Positions 56,066 to 63,922 of a stretch of DNA of 64,000 bases are shown one piece after another (position 1 is the stretch's first letter; each line of letters opens with the position of its first letter). The stretch is from the IMG/VR virus record IMGVR_UViG_3300014204_000184, positions 3,476 through 67,475 of that record; one strand, 5' to 3'. A program made the position numbers and the translations under genes. Origin of the DNA: a virus. Taxonomy: Duplodnaviria > Caudoviricetes. Below the pieces are notes generated by a model. That model made no database searches. It was given only the letters and a program-made list of their open reading frames with translations, and had not been told where the DNA came from.

Positions 56066-56493
56066 ATTTCTATGTGACGTTTGGCCAGCAGTACCGGCGG
56101 GTGCCGCATCCATCAGGGATAGCCGTTGACCCGGACGCCGTCATCCGGATCGAGGCCGAGAGCAAAGTAGAGGCCCATGCCAAGGCCATGGTCACCTTCA
56201 AGAAAGCCTTCCATCGCGTTCTCGATGAAGCGGAGTGGCAGGAATCACAGCGATACTATCCCCACGGGGTCATCACACTCGTTCTTGTCGACGGCCACGA
56301 TGCCAGCAAGGTTCCCCAGCCCGAATATCTCGGCGATAGTGTCTATCTGGAACGGGACTCGCGGGGGATTGGCGTTGTTCTGACGACCCGGAACGGTCTG
56401 CCCACCGATCCTTCGAACACCATCTTCCTCGAATGGGGCGTGTATCGGAGGCTGAAGGATGAGGTCACCAGAATGACCCAGGGGAAGCTGTAG
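56062..56493 (+). CDS. Hypothetical protein (FYVTFGQ...H...)
   Basis: Coupled ORF with SD. Confidence 0.6.
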   Translation: MNFYVTFGQQYRRVPHPSGIAVDPDAVIRIEAESKVEAHAKAMVTFKKAFHRVLDEAEWQESQRYYPHGVITLVLVDGHDASKVPQPEYLGDSVYLERDSRGIGVVLTTRNGLPTDPSNTIFLEWGVYRRLKDEVTRMTQGKL

Positions 56494-56514
56494 ACGAGAG
56501 GAGGAGATATATCC

Positions 56515-56961
56515 GTGGACGATTTTAGGGTTGAGGTAGGAGAAATCAGTTGGGAACATCTGAGACATCTTGTCGACGGCGGGACCGCCAGGCTGGACGC
56601 AGAATGGAAGCAGGTCAGGGATCGCGCAGAACACGCGGGGAACTGCGAGGGTGCCATTAAAATGGGCGACGCGCTCATGGCAGCAATCCATTCCTGCCGC
56701 CCCCAACAGATGTCGGTTATTTCGTTGCTCCAGGGGTTGATGAATGTTTTTATGACCATGCCCCAGGAACTTGATAGAAGGTGCGCGGGGGCGCTGATGG
56801 GGATGCTTCCGGAGGTCTGCGGGATTATGAACCGAATAGCCGTCAAAGAAGTCCCCGATATGCCGGCCAATGGCATGGGAGAGGCACTGGTGGACGAATT
56901 GATGAAGCCATTAAACAGCGGGAACATAAATCAGATGCCAAACCCGCACCGCTCGCCATAA
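56515..56961 (+). CDS. Hypothetical protein (148 aa)
   Basis: SD GGAGGAG before GTG. Confidence 0.6.
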   Translation: MDDFRVEVGEISWEHLRHLVDGGTARLDAEWKQVRDRAEHAGNCEGAIKMGDALMAAIHSCRPQQMSVISLLQGLMNVFMTMPQELDRRCAGALMGMLPEVCGIMNRIAVKEVPDMPANGMGEALVDELMKPLNSGNINQMPNPHRSP

Positions 56962-56968
56962 ACGCACA

Positions 56969-57087
56969 GGGGGAGAAAGCGCCAGCCTTAAACAGCCGGC
57001 CCGGAACTGCCAGGGATAAACGAGCCGGCAGAAAGCCTCCGATTTCCGGTGGGAGGCCGGATCAGGTTTGCCCTGGTGGCGTCCCCC
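56969..57087 (+). ncRNA. Candidate structured RNA upstream of the C5-MTase
   Basis: Nested complementary arms GGGGGA/TCCCCC, CAGGGATAAAC/GTTTGCCCTG and GCCTCC/GGAGGC. Confidence 0.35.
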
Positions 57088-57174
57088 ATATAAAATTGTC
57101 AAAAATGACGAAATGCTTGAGCGGCACACGAAATCCGCCCCTCGACGGGCGGCGGAGATTACGGGGAGGGTGGG

Positions 57175-58056
57175 GTGACCGCCTACTACAACGAGATAGA
57201 GCCTTACGCGGCCCAATGGCTACGGAATCTCATCAAGGCCGGACTGATCGCGCCAGGAATAGTTGACGACAGGAGCATTGAAGATGTTCGACCAGATGAC
57301 CTTATGGGATTCACCCAATGCCATTTCTTCGTCGGTATCGGCGTGTGGTCTTATGCCCTGCGCGCTGCGGGATGGCCCGACGATAGACCGGTCTGGACAG
57401 GATCATGCCCCTGTCAACCTTTCTCCGCGGCAGGCAAAGGAAAAGGGTTTACTGACGAGCGGCACTTATGGCCGGCGTGGTTCCATCTCATTGAGCAGCG
57501 CCGACCTTCAACGATTTTTGGCGAGCAGGTTGGAAGTGGTGACGGCCTGTCTTGGCTCGACCTTGTTCAAGCTGACCTGGAAGGATTGGGTTACGCCTGC
57601 GGGGCGACCGTTACGCCTGCTTCGGGCTACGGGGCGCCGCACCAAAGACACCGGATTTACTTCGTGGCCGACCACCCGAGCATCGGACGGGGCGAATCCT
57701 CCCATGGGGAAGGACCGGACGGATTCACTACCCAGCGAAGTCAAGCTGTTACCCTGGGCGACACCTGCGGCGAGGGATTACCGCTGTGCAAACCTGAAAA
57801 CATACCAGGAACGGGGAGGGGGAACAAAAGGGGAGCAGCTTTGCAACCAGGTCCAACAAATGGATTTTGGCATGACGCCCTCTGGCTCCCCTGCCGAGAC
57901 GGAAAAGCGCGGCCAACTAAACCCGGCATTTTCCCGCTGGCTCATGGGGCTCCCGGAAGAGTGGGACGCCTTCGCGCCTACGGAAACTGCATCGTCGCTC
58001 CGCAAGCGATCGAGTTTATCCGCGCCGCAACAGCATGGAGGATTTTGACGGAATGA
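57175..58056 (+). CDS. dcm: DNA (cytosine-5) methyltransferase, large (alpha) polypeptide
   Basis: FFVGIG (I), SCPCQPFS (IV), GEQV (VI), HQRHRIYFV (VIII), RLRAYGNCIV (X). Confidence 0.88.
   Translation: MTAYYNEIEPYAAQWLRNLIKAGLIAPGIVDDRSIEDVRPDDLMGFTQCHFFVGIGVWSYALRAAGWPDDRPVWTGSCPCQPFSAAGKGKGFTDERHLWPAWFHLIEQRRPSTIFGEQVGSGDGLSWLDLVQADLEGLGYACGATVTPASGYGAPHQRHRIYFVADHPSIGRGESSHGEGPDGFTTQRSQAVTLGDTCGEGLPLCKPENIPGTGRGNKRGAALQPGPTNGFWHDALWLPCRDGKARPTKPGIFPLAHGAPGRVGRLRAYGNCIVAPQAIEFIRAATAWRILTE
57263..58048 (+). CDS. Alternative-frame beta polypeptide of the C5-MTase (M.EcoHK31I-type arrangement)
   Basis: A 261-codon open frame lies entirely inside the dcm gene. It carries WPT/WATP repeats and the motif-IX-like LNPAFSRWLMGLPEEW, which the main frame lacks. 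Confidence 0.65.
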   Translation: MTTGALKMFDQMTLWDSPNAISSSVSACGLMPCALRDGPTIDRSGQDHAPVNLSPRQAKEKGLLTSGTYGRRGSISLSSADLQRFLASRLEVVTACLGSTLFKLTWKDWVTPAGRPLRLLRATGRRTKDTGFTSWPTTRASDGANPPMGKDRTDSLPSEVKLLPWATPAARDYRCANLKTYQERGGGTKGEQLCNQVQQMDFGMTPSGSPAETEKRGQLNPAFSRWLMGLPEEWDAFAPTETASSLRKRSSLSAPQQHGGF

Positions 58057-58195
58057 CCGAACCATACAGCGAAGAGTGGAGGGTGTCTTGAAGTCGCGGC
58101 GGCATCACAACAATGAGGGGAGGCGGCGTATCCAGCGGGGACGGACCCGCGACGATGCGGAACGATGGAACCGGAAATATGCGGAAGGGGGGAAT

Positions 58196-58405
58196 ATGAA
58201 AATCCGAGTGACATCCAAAGTGCGTGCTCTCCTTGTGGAACTGGATCAGGCATTTGAGAGGTTTCATGGTTATGCCGCCACGTTGGCAGATCGTTGCATC
58301 AGCAATAGCGAGGCGATGGAGGCCGGGGCGAATAAATCAGCACAGGAGCGAATCATCTTGGGCATCGCCTACCGGATCAACAATGCGACAAAGGAAAAAA
58401 CTTAG
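58196..58405 (+). CDS. Small hypothetical protein
   Basis: SD-like GGGGGG before the ATG. Confidence 0.5.
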   Translation: MKIRVTSKVRALLVELDQAFERFHGYAATLADRCISNSEAMEAGANKSAQERIILGIAYRINNATKEKT

Positions 58406-58439
58406 GCATTCCCAACGATGGGAAGAAAGGAGCAAACAC

Positions 58440-58997
58440 ATGGACGGATGGTACTATCTGCACACCAATGGGGAGTTGATTTTCAAGCGGTGGTTTGAAC
58501 CGGAGGCCGACAGCGACTTCGTCAAAAAGGTGTGGCCTATCGACGTCACGAATCGGGCAAACGCCTGGACGATCCTCATCGAGGGACTGGCGATGGGGGC
58601 ACGGGTCGAGAGAGTGGCGGAACTGGCCGAAACGTGGGGCTGCACTACCCACGACCTTCCCATGTATCTGGCCCACGTCACAACCCCGACCCAGCAGCAG
58701 AAAGACGGGCTGGAATTGTTTTTGAATAAGATCGCCCATGTCGATTATGACACCTGGCTGGACTGGCTGGCGACAACCCCCCGGGGACAGGAGCCCATAT
58801 GGGCCACGATGCCGAGGGCCGATCTCTGTAAGAGCTGCACGAAAGTGTTTCCGGCCTGTGATTGCCCCACCGGGAATGATCCAGGGATCGTCTTCGATCC
58901 CAATAGCAAGGGCAAGGATTCGATTGCCGAATGTTCGGCGTATGTGAAGAAAGGAGCGGGGGATGGAGACGGAAAAAGCACGGCAGCGGAGGCTTAG
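58440..58997 (+). CDS. Hypothetical protein (GWYYLHTNG.LI.K...) with C-terminal Cys cluster
   Basis: SD AAGGAG. Recurrent phage motif. Confidence 0.65.
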   Translation: MDGWYYLHTNGELIFKRWFEPEADSDFVKKVWPIDVTNRANAWTILIEGLAMGARVERVAELAETWGCTTHDLPMYLAHVTTPTQQQKDGLELFLNKIAHVDYDTWLDWLATTPRGQEPIWATMPRADLCKSCTKVFPACDCPTGNDPGIVFDPNSKGKDSIAECSAYVKKGAGDGDGKSTAAEA

Positions 58998-59673
58998 GGA
59001 GGGGTTCTTCCGGGACTTCATCCAGCCGGATAAGAAGGGCATTGATGTAGGCGCAGGCGGTGACCCCATCACCGAAAACTGCATCCAATGGGAAAGAACG
59101 CTGGGCGACATGGATGCCATGAGATTGCAGGGGATTCTCACGGGAGAGATGGACTGGATTTATTCGAGCCATTGCCTTGAGGATCTGGACAACCCCTGGG
59201 CGGCCGTCAGGGAGTGGTGGCGGGTTCTGAAGCCGGGTGGGTTCATGTGCATCATGGTGCCGCACCGGGATCTCTTCGAGTGCCGCAAGACCCTGCCCAG
59301 CGCCGGCAACGCCAATCACCGGACGTTCTGGCTCCCGGATCGCAACGAGCCTCCCGTCACGCTGGGGCTGGTTCCCTTGGTGTCCGGGGTCTGCCAGGAC
59401 TCCGAACTTATGTACTGCAAGACCTGTGACGAGGGATACCGGGTAGAGTTCAGGCCCATGCCCAGCGCCCCCCATATCATCCAGGTGATTGCGAACGGGG
59501 AGTTCAGCATCGAGGCAATCTGGCGGAAACGTATCCCAATGATGTACGTGGAAGATATGATCCTGCCCGAACAGTTGGGGATGACAAACGACGAGGCCCA
59601 AAGGCGCGAGGATTTTGGACCAAATGGGGATGCGACCACCCCCGGATTCCTAAAAGGAAAGGAGAAACAATGA
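58963..59673 (+). CDS. Class I SAM methyltransferase (Methyltransf_11-like)
   Basis: GIDVGAGGD, IYSSHCLEDL, WWRVLKPGG. Confidence 0.8.
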   Translation: METEKARQRRLREGFFRDFIQPDKKGIDVGAGGDPITENCIQWERTLGDMDAMRLQGILTGEMDWIYSSHCLEDLDNPWAAVREWWRVLKPGGFMCIMVPHRDLFECRKTLPSAGNANHRTFWLPDRNEPPVTLGLVPLVSGVCQDSELMYCKTCDEGYRVEFRPMPSAPHIIQVIANGEFSIEAIWRKRIPMMYVEDMILPEQLGMTNDEAQRREDFGPNGDATTPGFLKGKEKQ

Positions 59674-60311
59674 GCGAAGAAGAGATCAGAACCGCGATCC
59701 AGAAGCGGGAGTATCGGATCAGGTTCACGGAACCCATGCTGGGGACCGTGGCCATGGACCCGGAAATCTACAAGACCTACATCGAGGCCAAGAAGGAGAA
59801 ACGCAAGGATTCCGCATACGCGCCTGGCGCTGATGACGAAGCTGCGACCGTTGAAAAGCGGGAGGAAAAGGGCTGGACCGGATTCCATCGCCTCAACCCC
59901 GACGATCAGGACAGTCCAATGTTCGTCTACGACTATTTCGTCAAGGGATTCCTGAAGGGGTCCGGGAACGTCCTCAAGGACATCGTGAAGGTGAAGCAGT
60001 TGAAGTCGAAGCTGGACGACTTCGTCTTCGTCTTTCCCCGGCGCATCCTGCTGGGAACCGGAAAGCCGGATGGCGTCCTGGAGAGGCCACTGCGGGCCAT
60101 GACTATGCAGGGGCCGAGGGTCACGCTGGCCCGGTCGGATTATGTCAAAGAGGGGACCGAGATCACCTTCCAGATCCACCTTTTCCCGCACCCGGCGCTC
60201 TCCTGGAAGCTCATCGACGCCCTCATGGCCCATGGCCAGTACATGGGGATGGGGCAGTTTCGGAACGGATCTTACGGCAGATTCGAGGTGGTCGACGTGA
60301 AGGAGTGCTGA
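59670..60311 (+). CDS. Solitary RAMP/Cas7-like protein (213 aa)
   Basis: N-terminal beta1 RIRFTEPMLG, central VKGFLK, R-rich ERPLRA, C-terminal G-rich loop GMGQFRNGSYGRFEV. These are the hallmarks of the RAMP (Cas7/Csm3-like) fold. Confidence 0.7.
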   Translation: MSEEEIRTAIQKREYRIRFTEPMLGTVAMDPEIYKTYIEAKKEKRKDSAYAPGADDEAATVEKREEKGWTGFHRLNPDDQDSPMFVYDYFVKGFLKGSGNVLKDIVKVKQLKSKLDDFVFVFPRRILLGTGKPDGVLERPLRAMTMQGPRVTLARSDYVKEGTEITFQIHLFPHPALSWKLIDALMAHGQYMGMGQFRNGSYGRFEVVDVKEC

Positions 60312-60655
60312 GGAGAAGATCAGCGAGGGCTTGGTATTGATTTGAAACGGAGATGAATGGCGAAGAGCCGCTTTGGAAGAGTCGCGCATAGAACCGCCCC
60401 GAAGAGCATGGGCGACGAAATGAAAAGCACGACATCGTGTTGGAAGTGAAGGGCAGTGCGTTGGCAAGGGATTTGGATGGAGTAGCCCAGGAAACCGAGG
60501 AGAACTGCGTTGGCGCTGGGATGAATGGCTTCGAGCCGCGCCGAAACGGCAGAGATGTGCTTCGAATAGGATTTGAACCAGCAGCGCGCCGTTTTGGAAC
60601 CGCTTTCAGCCGCAAGGGATTGGAACCCAATACATCTGTATCGATTTGGAAAGGA
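60312..60655 (+). ncRNA. Degenerate pentamer-periodic array (G[A/C]NNN) with GCAAGGG/GAAACGG punctuation; candidate guide-RNA array for the RAMP protein
   Basis: Parses as GCTTG GTATT GATTT GAAAC ... GCGAA GAGCC GCTTT ... GCATA GAACC GCCCC GAAGA GCATG ... GATTT GGATG GAGTA GCCCA ... GCTTC GAGCC GCGCC GAAAC. No supported CDS until the SD plus TTG at 60663. Confidence 0.65.
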
Positions 60656-60662
60656 GAACGCA

Positions 60663-61121
60663 TTGAAAAGCAAAGACGAACAGGAGGCCCTCCGGCTACA
60701 AGCCGAGAAACAATTGGAACCAGGGCAGCGGGCCGTCGATTATCTCCAGGAGGGCGTGTTCACGATCCTCCGGTCGCTGGGGGTGGACACGAACCCGCCG
60801 GCAGACGTGAAGCAGCAGCAGCTAAACCTGGGCATCCACGTCTTCGATACCGACGAGATCCAGAAGATGCTGGAGGCCAAATCCATGGCCGGGGATACGA
60901 GCTGGGACTGGCTTAAGGGGTTCTTCCTTCGCCATGACGGGTTCTTCATCCAGCGGGACACGGGAACCGTCGACACGCGGACCGGCATGGAGATCCTCCA
61001 GCCGATCGCGTTTGTCGGCGACGTCGGAATCAAGGACGGCCATGTGGTCGCCCATATCCATGACTTCCGGACCAACAAGGTATTCATGGTCAAGGGGATT
61101 CGGATGCCGGAGGGGAAATGA
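60663..61121 (+). CDS. Hypothetical protein (152 aa)
   Basis: SD AAGGAG before TTG 60663. In frame with track ORF 60573..61121. Confidence 0.65.
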   Translation: MKSKDEQEALRLQAEKQLEPGQRAVDYLQEGVFTILRSLGVDTNPPADVKQQQLNLGIHVFDTDEIQKMLEAKSMAGDTSWDWLKGFFLRHDGFFIQRDTGTVDTRTGMEILQPIAFVGDVGIKDGHVVAHIHDFRTNKVFMVKGIRMPEGK

Positions 61122-61444
61122 TCGAATGGCGTAGAGAGAACCGACGGAGGAAGGGGGAGGACTGGGGATCGAGGGCCACCGTCGCCCTCCTGAAGCTGAG
61201 CATCGTGGCCGTACTGGTGTGGACCGGCTACCTGTATGGCCAGACGGCCGGATGGGTAGAGGCCCGAGACTATTTCACGAACATTTTCGCGGACCGGGTT
61301 GAGAAGGTCGAGAAAGACCTGGTAAACTTCAAGATGTGGCACTACGGCCTGAAAAACTTCTTCTTCTACGACAAGGGGAAGCTCTGCTTTGTGACCAAGG
61401 CCAAGGATCTGGAGAACCCAAAGAAATGGAGGCGAACACGATGA
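61118..61444 (+). CDS. Single-pass membrane protein
   Basis: TM segment TVALLKLSIVAVLVWTGYLYG. Confidence 0.6.
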   Translation: MIEWRRENRRRKGEDWGSRATVALLKLSIVAVLVWTGYLYGQTAGWVEARDYFTNIFADRVEKVEKDLVNFKMWHYGLKNFFFYDKGKLCFVTKAKDLENPKKWRRTR

Positions 61445-61461
61445 GGACCAAAGGAGCACGT

Positions 61462-62424
61462 ATGTACTCAGGGAACCGCCACAAAGAACGCCTGAAGAAG
61501 GCCCGGGTGAAACGAAGGGTCACGCTGTACGAGTCCCCCAACATCATCGAATGCCGAGACGCCAACGACGTCCTGGGGTATGCGCCGGGGTGCCGCCGTC
61601 GATACTGGTTCCGGAAACAGGGGGAGCCGGTCCTGGCGCCGATCAATGCCGACTATGCATTGGAGTTCCAGCAGGACTGGATCGCCCATCTGTATCAGCA
61701 GAAATACAAGACCCTGCTCCACCGGCCCACCACGATCACCTTCAGCCGGCGGCTGCCCTACATGGCCATCCTGCCCGACCGGATACTGGCATCACAGGGG
61801 CGGACGGAGAAGGAGGTCTTGTGGACTCCGGTGATCATCGAGGTCATGACGGAGCCGCAGTTCCGGGTCTTCGAACACAACGGAATCAGCGACCGGCAAA
61901 GTCATATTCTCCAGTTCTGCCTGGCGGTCAAGAAAGGAGTAGAGAAGGCCGTCATGATTGGTGGCTGCATGGACCCCCTGGAGATAAAGGCGGTCGTAGT
62001 AGCCCGGCAGCCGGACGTGGTCGCGGAAATCGAAGCGGCCGTAGAACGAATGTTCGACAGCATCCGACAGCGCCGGGAGCCTGGCGGGACAACCGGGGAG
62101 TGTGAGTGGTGCCCATACTTCCGGAGGTGCTGTAGCTTCAAGCCGATAGGAGTGGAACGGCCCGACCTCGAACTTCTGACGGAAGAATGGATGCGGGCAC
62201 GGCTGCGGGAGGGGGAGGCGGCCGAGGGGATGAGGGCCATCGAGGATCAGATCCGGCACAAGATGCGGGAGATCGAGGAGGCCCACTGTGATGCCGGCAA
62301 CCTCACCTATTCAACCGTGCTGAAATGGCGCGTAGACACCGAACGCTTACTGGCCGAGAAGCCGGACATAGTCCGACTCTATCGGAAAAACATGCCCGAG
62401 AGGGTGCTGCGGATCAGCAGATAG
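61462..62424 (+). CDS. YqaJ/lambda-exonuclease-like protein with apparently degenerate active site
   Basis: ILPDRIL...IIEVMT (ExK changed to ExM)...HILQFC; CEWCPY. SD before 61462. Confidence 0.5.
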   Translation: MYSGNRHKERLKKARVKRRVTLYESPNIIECRDANDVLGYAPGCRRRYWFRKQGEPVLAPINADYALEFQQDWIAHLYQQKYKTLLHRPTTITFSRRLPYMAILPDRILASQGRTEKEVLWTPVIIEVMTEPQFRVFEHNGISDRQSHILQFCLAVKKGVEKAVMIGGCMDPLEIKAVVVARQPDVVAEIEAAVERMFDSIRQRREPGGTTGECEWCPYFRRCCSFKPIGVERPDLELLTEEWMRARLREGEAAEGMRAIEDQIRHKMREIEEAHCDAGNLTYSTVLKWRVDTERLLAEKPDIVRLYRKNMPERVLRISR

Positions 62425-62432
62425 GAGGATTC

Positions 62433-63143
62433 ATGTACGAGCGACAGAGGTATCTTTTGGATGGGAAGATCGAAGCAATCGGTCTGACCAAGCATCGGCA
62501 CCTGTTCTACCTCGCAGGTGGGGCGGTCACGTCGGTCTTTTCGGGCCGGAAGATCAACGATCTGGACTTGTTTTTCCGCACTGAGGAAGATTTAAAGGCC
62601 CTTCAGAAAATCATCGAGGGGGAGGGTAAAGAACGCATCTATGCGGAGTTTGTCACCAAGAACGCCGTCAGCTACCGGATCAAAAAGGAACTGGTCCAAC
62701 TGGTCCGCTGCACCTTCGCCCAGCCGAGGGACATGCTCGGCACGTTCGACTTCACCATCTGCATGGCCTCCTATAATCCGAGGCATCATGCGGAAAACGA
62801 CTTCATCTTCGATCCCCTCTTCATGCCCGATCTGGCCGCCCGGGTGCTTCGGTACAATCCCGGTCCCTACCCAATCGCCAGTCTGTGGCGGATGAAGAAG
62901 TTCCTCCTGCGCGGGTTCAACCTGCCGGCCGTCGAATCGATCAAGCTGGCCCTGGCCATCAACAATCTCAATCTGGACACCTATGAGGCACTGAAAAATC
63001 AGTTGGAAGGGATCGACACATCGTTTTTGAAGGACGTGACGGACCAGTTGATGAACAAGGGCGCCGAGACATATGATTTCCATCGCGCCATCGACTTCAT
63101 GAACGAGATCCTGTCCCGGATCGAGGAAGGAGGCCCGGAATGA
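62433..63143 (+). CDS. Pol-beta-superfamily nucleotidyltransferase (CCA/poly(A) polymerase head-like)
   Basis: LAGGAVTS...NDLDLFF...QL...FDFTIC. Confidence 0.75.
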   Translation: MYERQRYLLDGKIEAIGLTKHRHLFYLAGGAVTSVFSGRKINDLDLFFRTEEDLKALQKIIEGEGKERIYAEFVTKNAVSYRIKKELVQLVRCTFAQPRDMLGTFDFTICMASYNPRHHAENDFIFDPLFMPDLAARVLRYNPGPYPIASLWRMKKFLLRGFNLPAVESIKLALAINNLNLDTYEALKNQLEGIDTSFLKDVTDQLMNKGAETYDFHRAIDFMNEILSRIEEGGPE

Positions 63144-63922
63144 TATTATTCAAATGTCCCGAAGAAGGATGCCTCTGGACCCACGAAGTCAACGATGCCC
63201 ACGTCGAACACTTTGGCGCCCCGCGATGTCCCCAGCACGGAACCGTAATGACCCGGTCCGATTGGGAGATGCCGTCCCCGTTGCGGCTGGATCTGGCCTG
63301 CGGGGAACGGAAGGAGCCCGGGTTTGTTGGCGTCGACCAGATGCTTTACCCTGGCGTCGATTTGGTCTGGAACCTGGACCACTACCCCTACCCCCTCCCC
63401 GACAAGTCAGTCGATGAGGTCCGGTGCTTCCACTTCATCGAGCACGTCGAGAACCTCGTGGCCTTCATGGAAGAGCTTTATCGGATCATGAAGCCCGGGG
63501 CCACCGGCGTCCTGGCTGCACCGTTCTGGAGTCACGTAAACACCTGGCGCGACCCCACCCATCGCCGCGGTATCGCCGAACAGACGCTGATGTTCTTCAA
63601 CCGGGACTACCGGGAGCGGAACAAGAAGGGCTGTTATGGGATCAAGGCGGACTTCGAGGTCGGATACTCCATCAACCTGGACCCCAGCATCAACTTTCAT
63701 CCGCCGGCTCAACTGGAGTTCATGAAGCGGTTCTGCGTCAACGTCTTCTTCGATATCACCTTTACGATCCGGAAGGTGATCAAGGAATCCGATTTCCCGA
63801 AGACGTGGGAGTGTAAGGTCTGTGGGTCCACCTACACGGACCGGGAGAAGGGATCGGGAACGAAGTGCTGGCAGGGACATGACCTCACCAAAATCGAAGG
63901 AGGGACCGATGGACAAGTTTAA
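63140..63922 (+). CDS. Methyltransf_11-like SAM methyltransferase flanked by two Zn ribbons
   Basis: LDLACG, FHFIEHV, YRIMKPG, W.DPTH.R; CPEEGC...CPQH; CKVC...CWQGH. Confidence 0.8.
   Translation: MILFKCPEEGCLWTHEVNDAHVEHFGAPRCPQHGTVMTRSDWEMPSPLRLDLACGERKEPGFVGVDQMLYPGVDLVWNLDHYPYPLPDKSVDEVRCFHFIEHVENLVAFMEELYRIMKPGATGVLAAPFWSHVNTWRDPTHRRGIAEQTLMFFNRDYRERNKKGCYGIKADFEVGYSINLDPSINFHPPAQLEFMKRFCVNVFFDITFTIRKVIKESDFPKTWECKVCGSTYTDREKGSGTKCWQGHDLTKIEGGTDGQV

Noticed and set aside
60312-60655. Canonical CRISPR array next to the Cas7-like gene
   Set aside because: No identical 23-47-nt repeats. Conservation is limited to periodic single positions and short anchors.
60223-60916. Track ORFs crossing the pentamer array (60223..60663 -, 60320..60673 -, 60437..60916 +, and the 5' extension of 60573..61121)
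   Set aside because: No RBS and no protein-like composition. The best SD supports a start at 60663, leaving the array non-coding.
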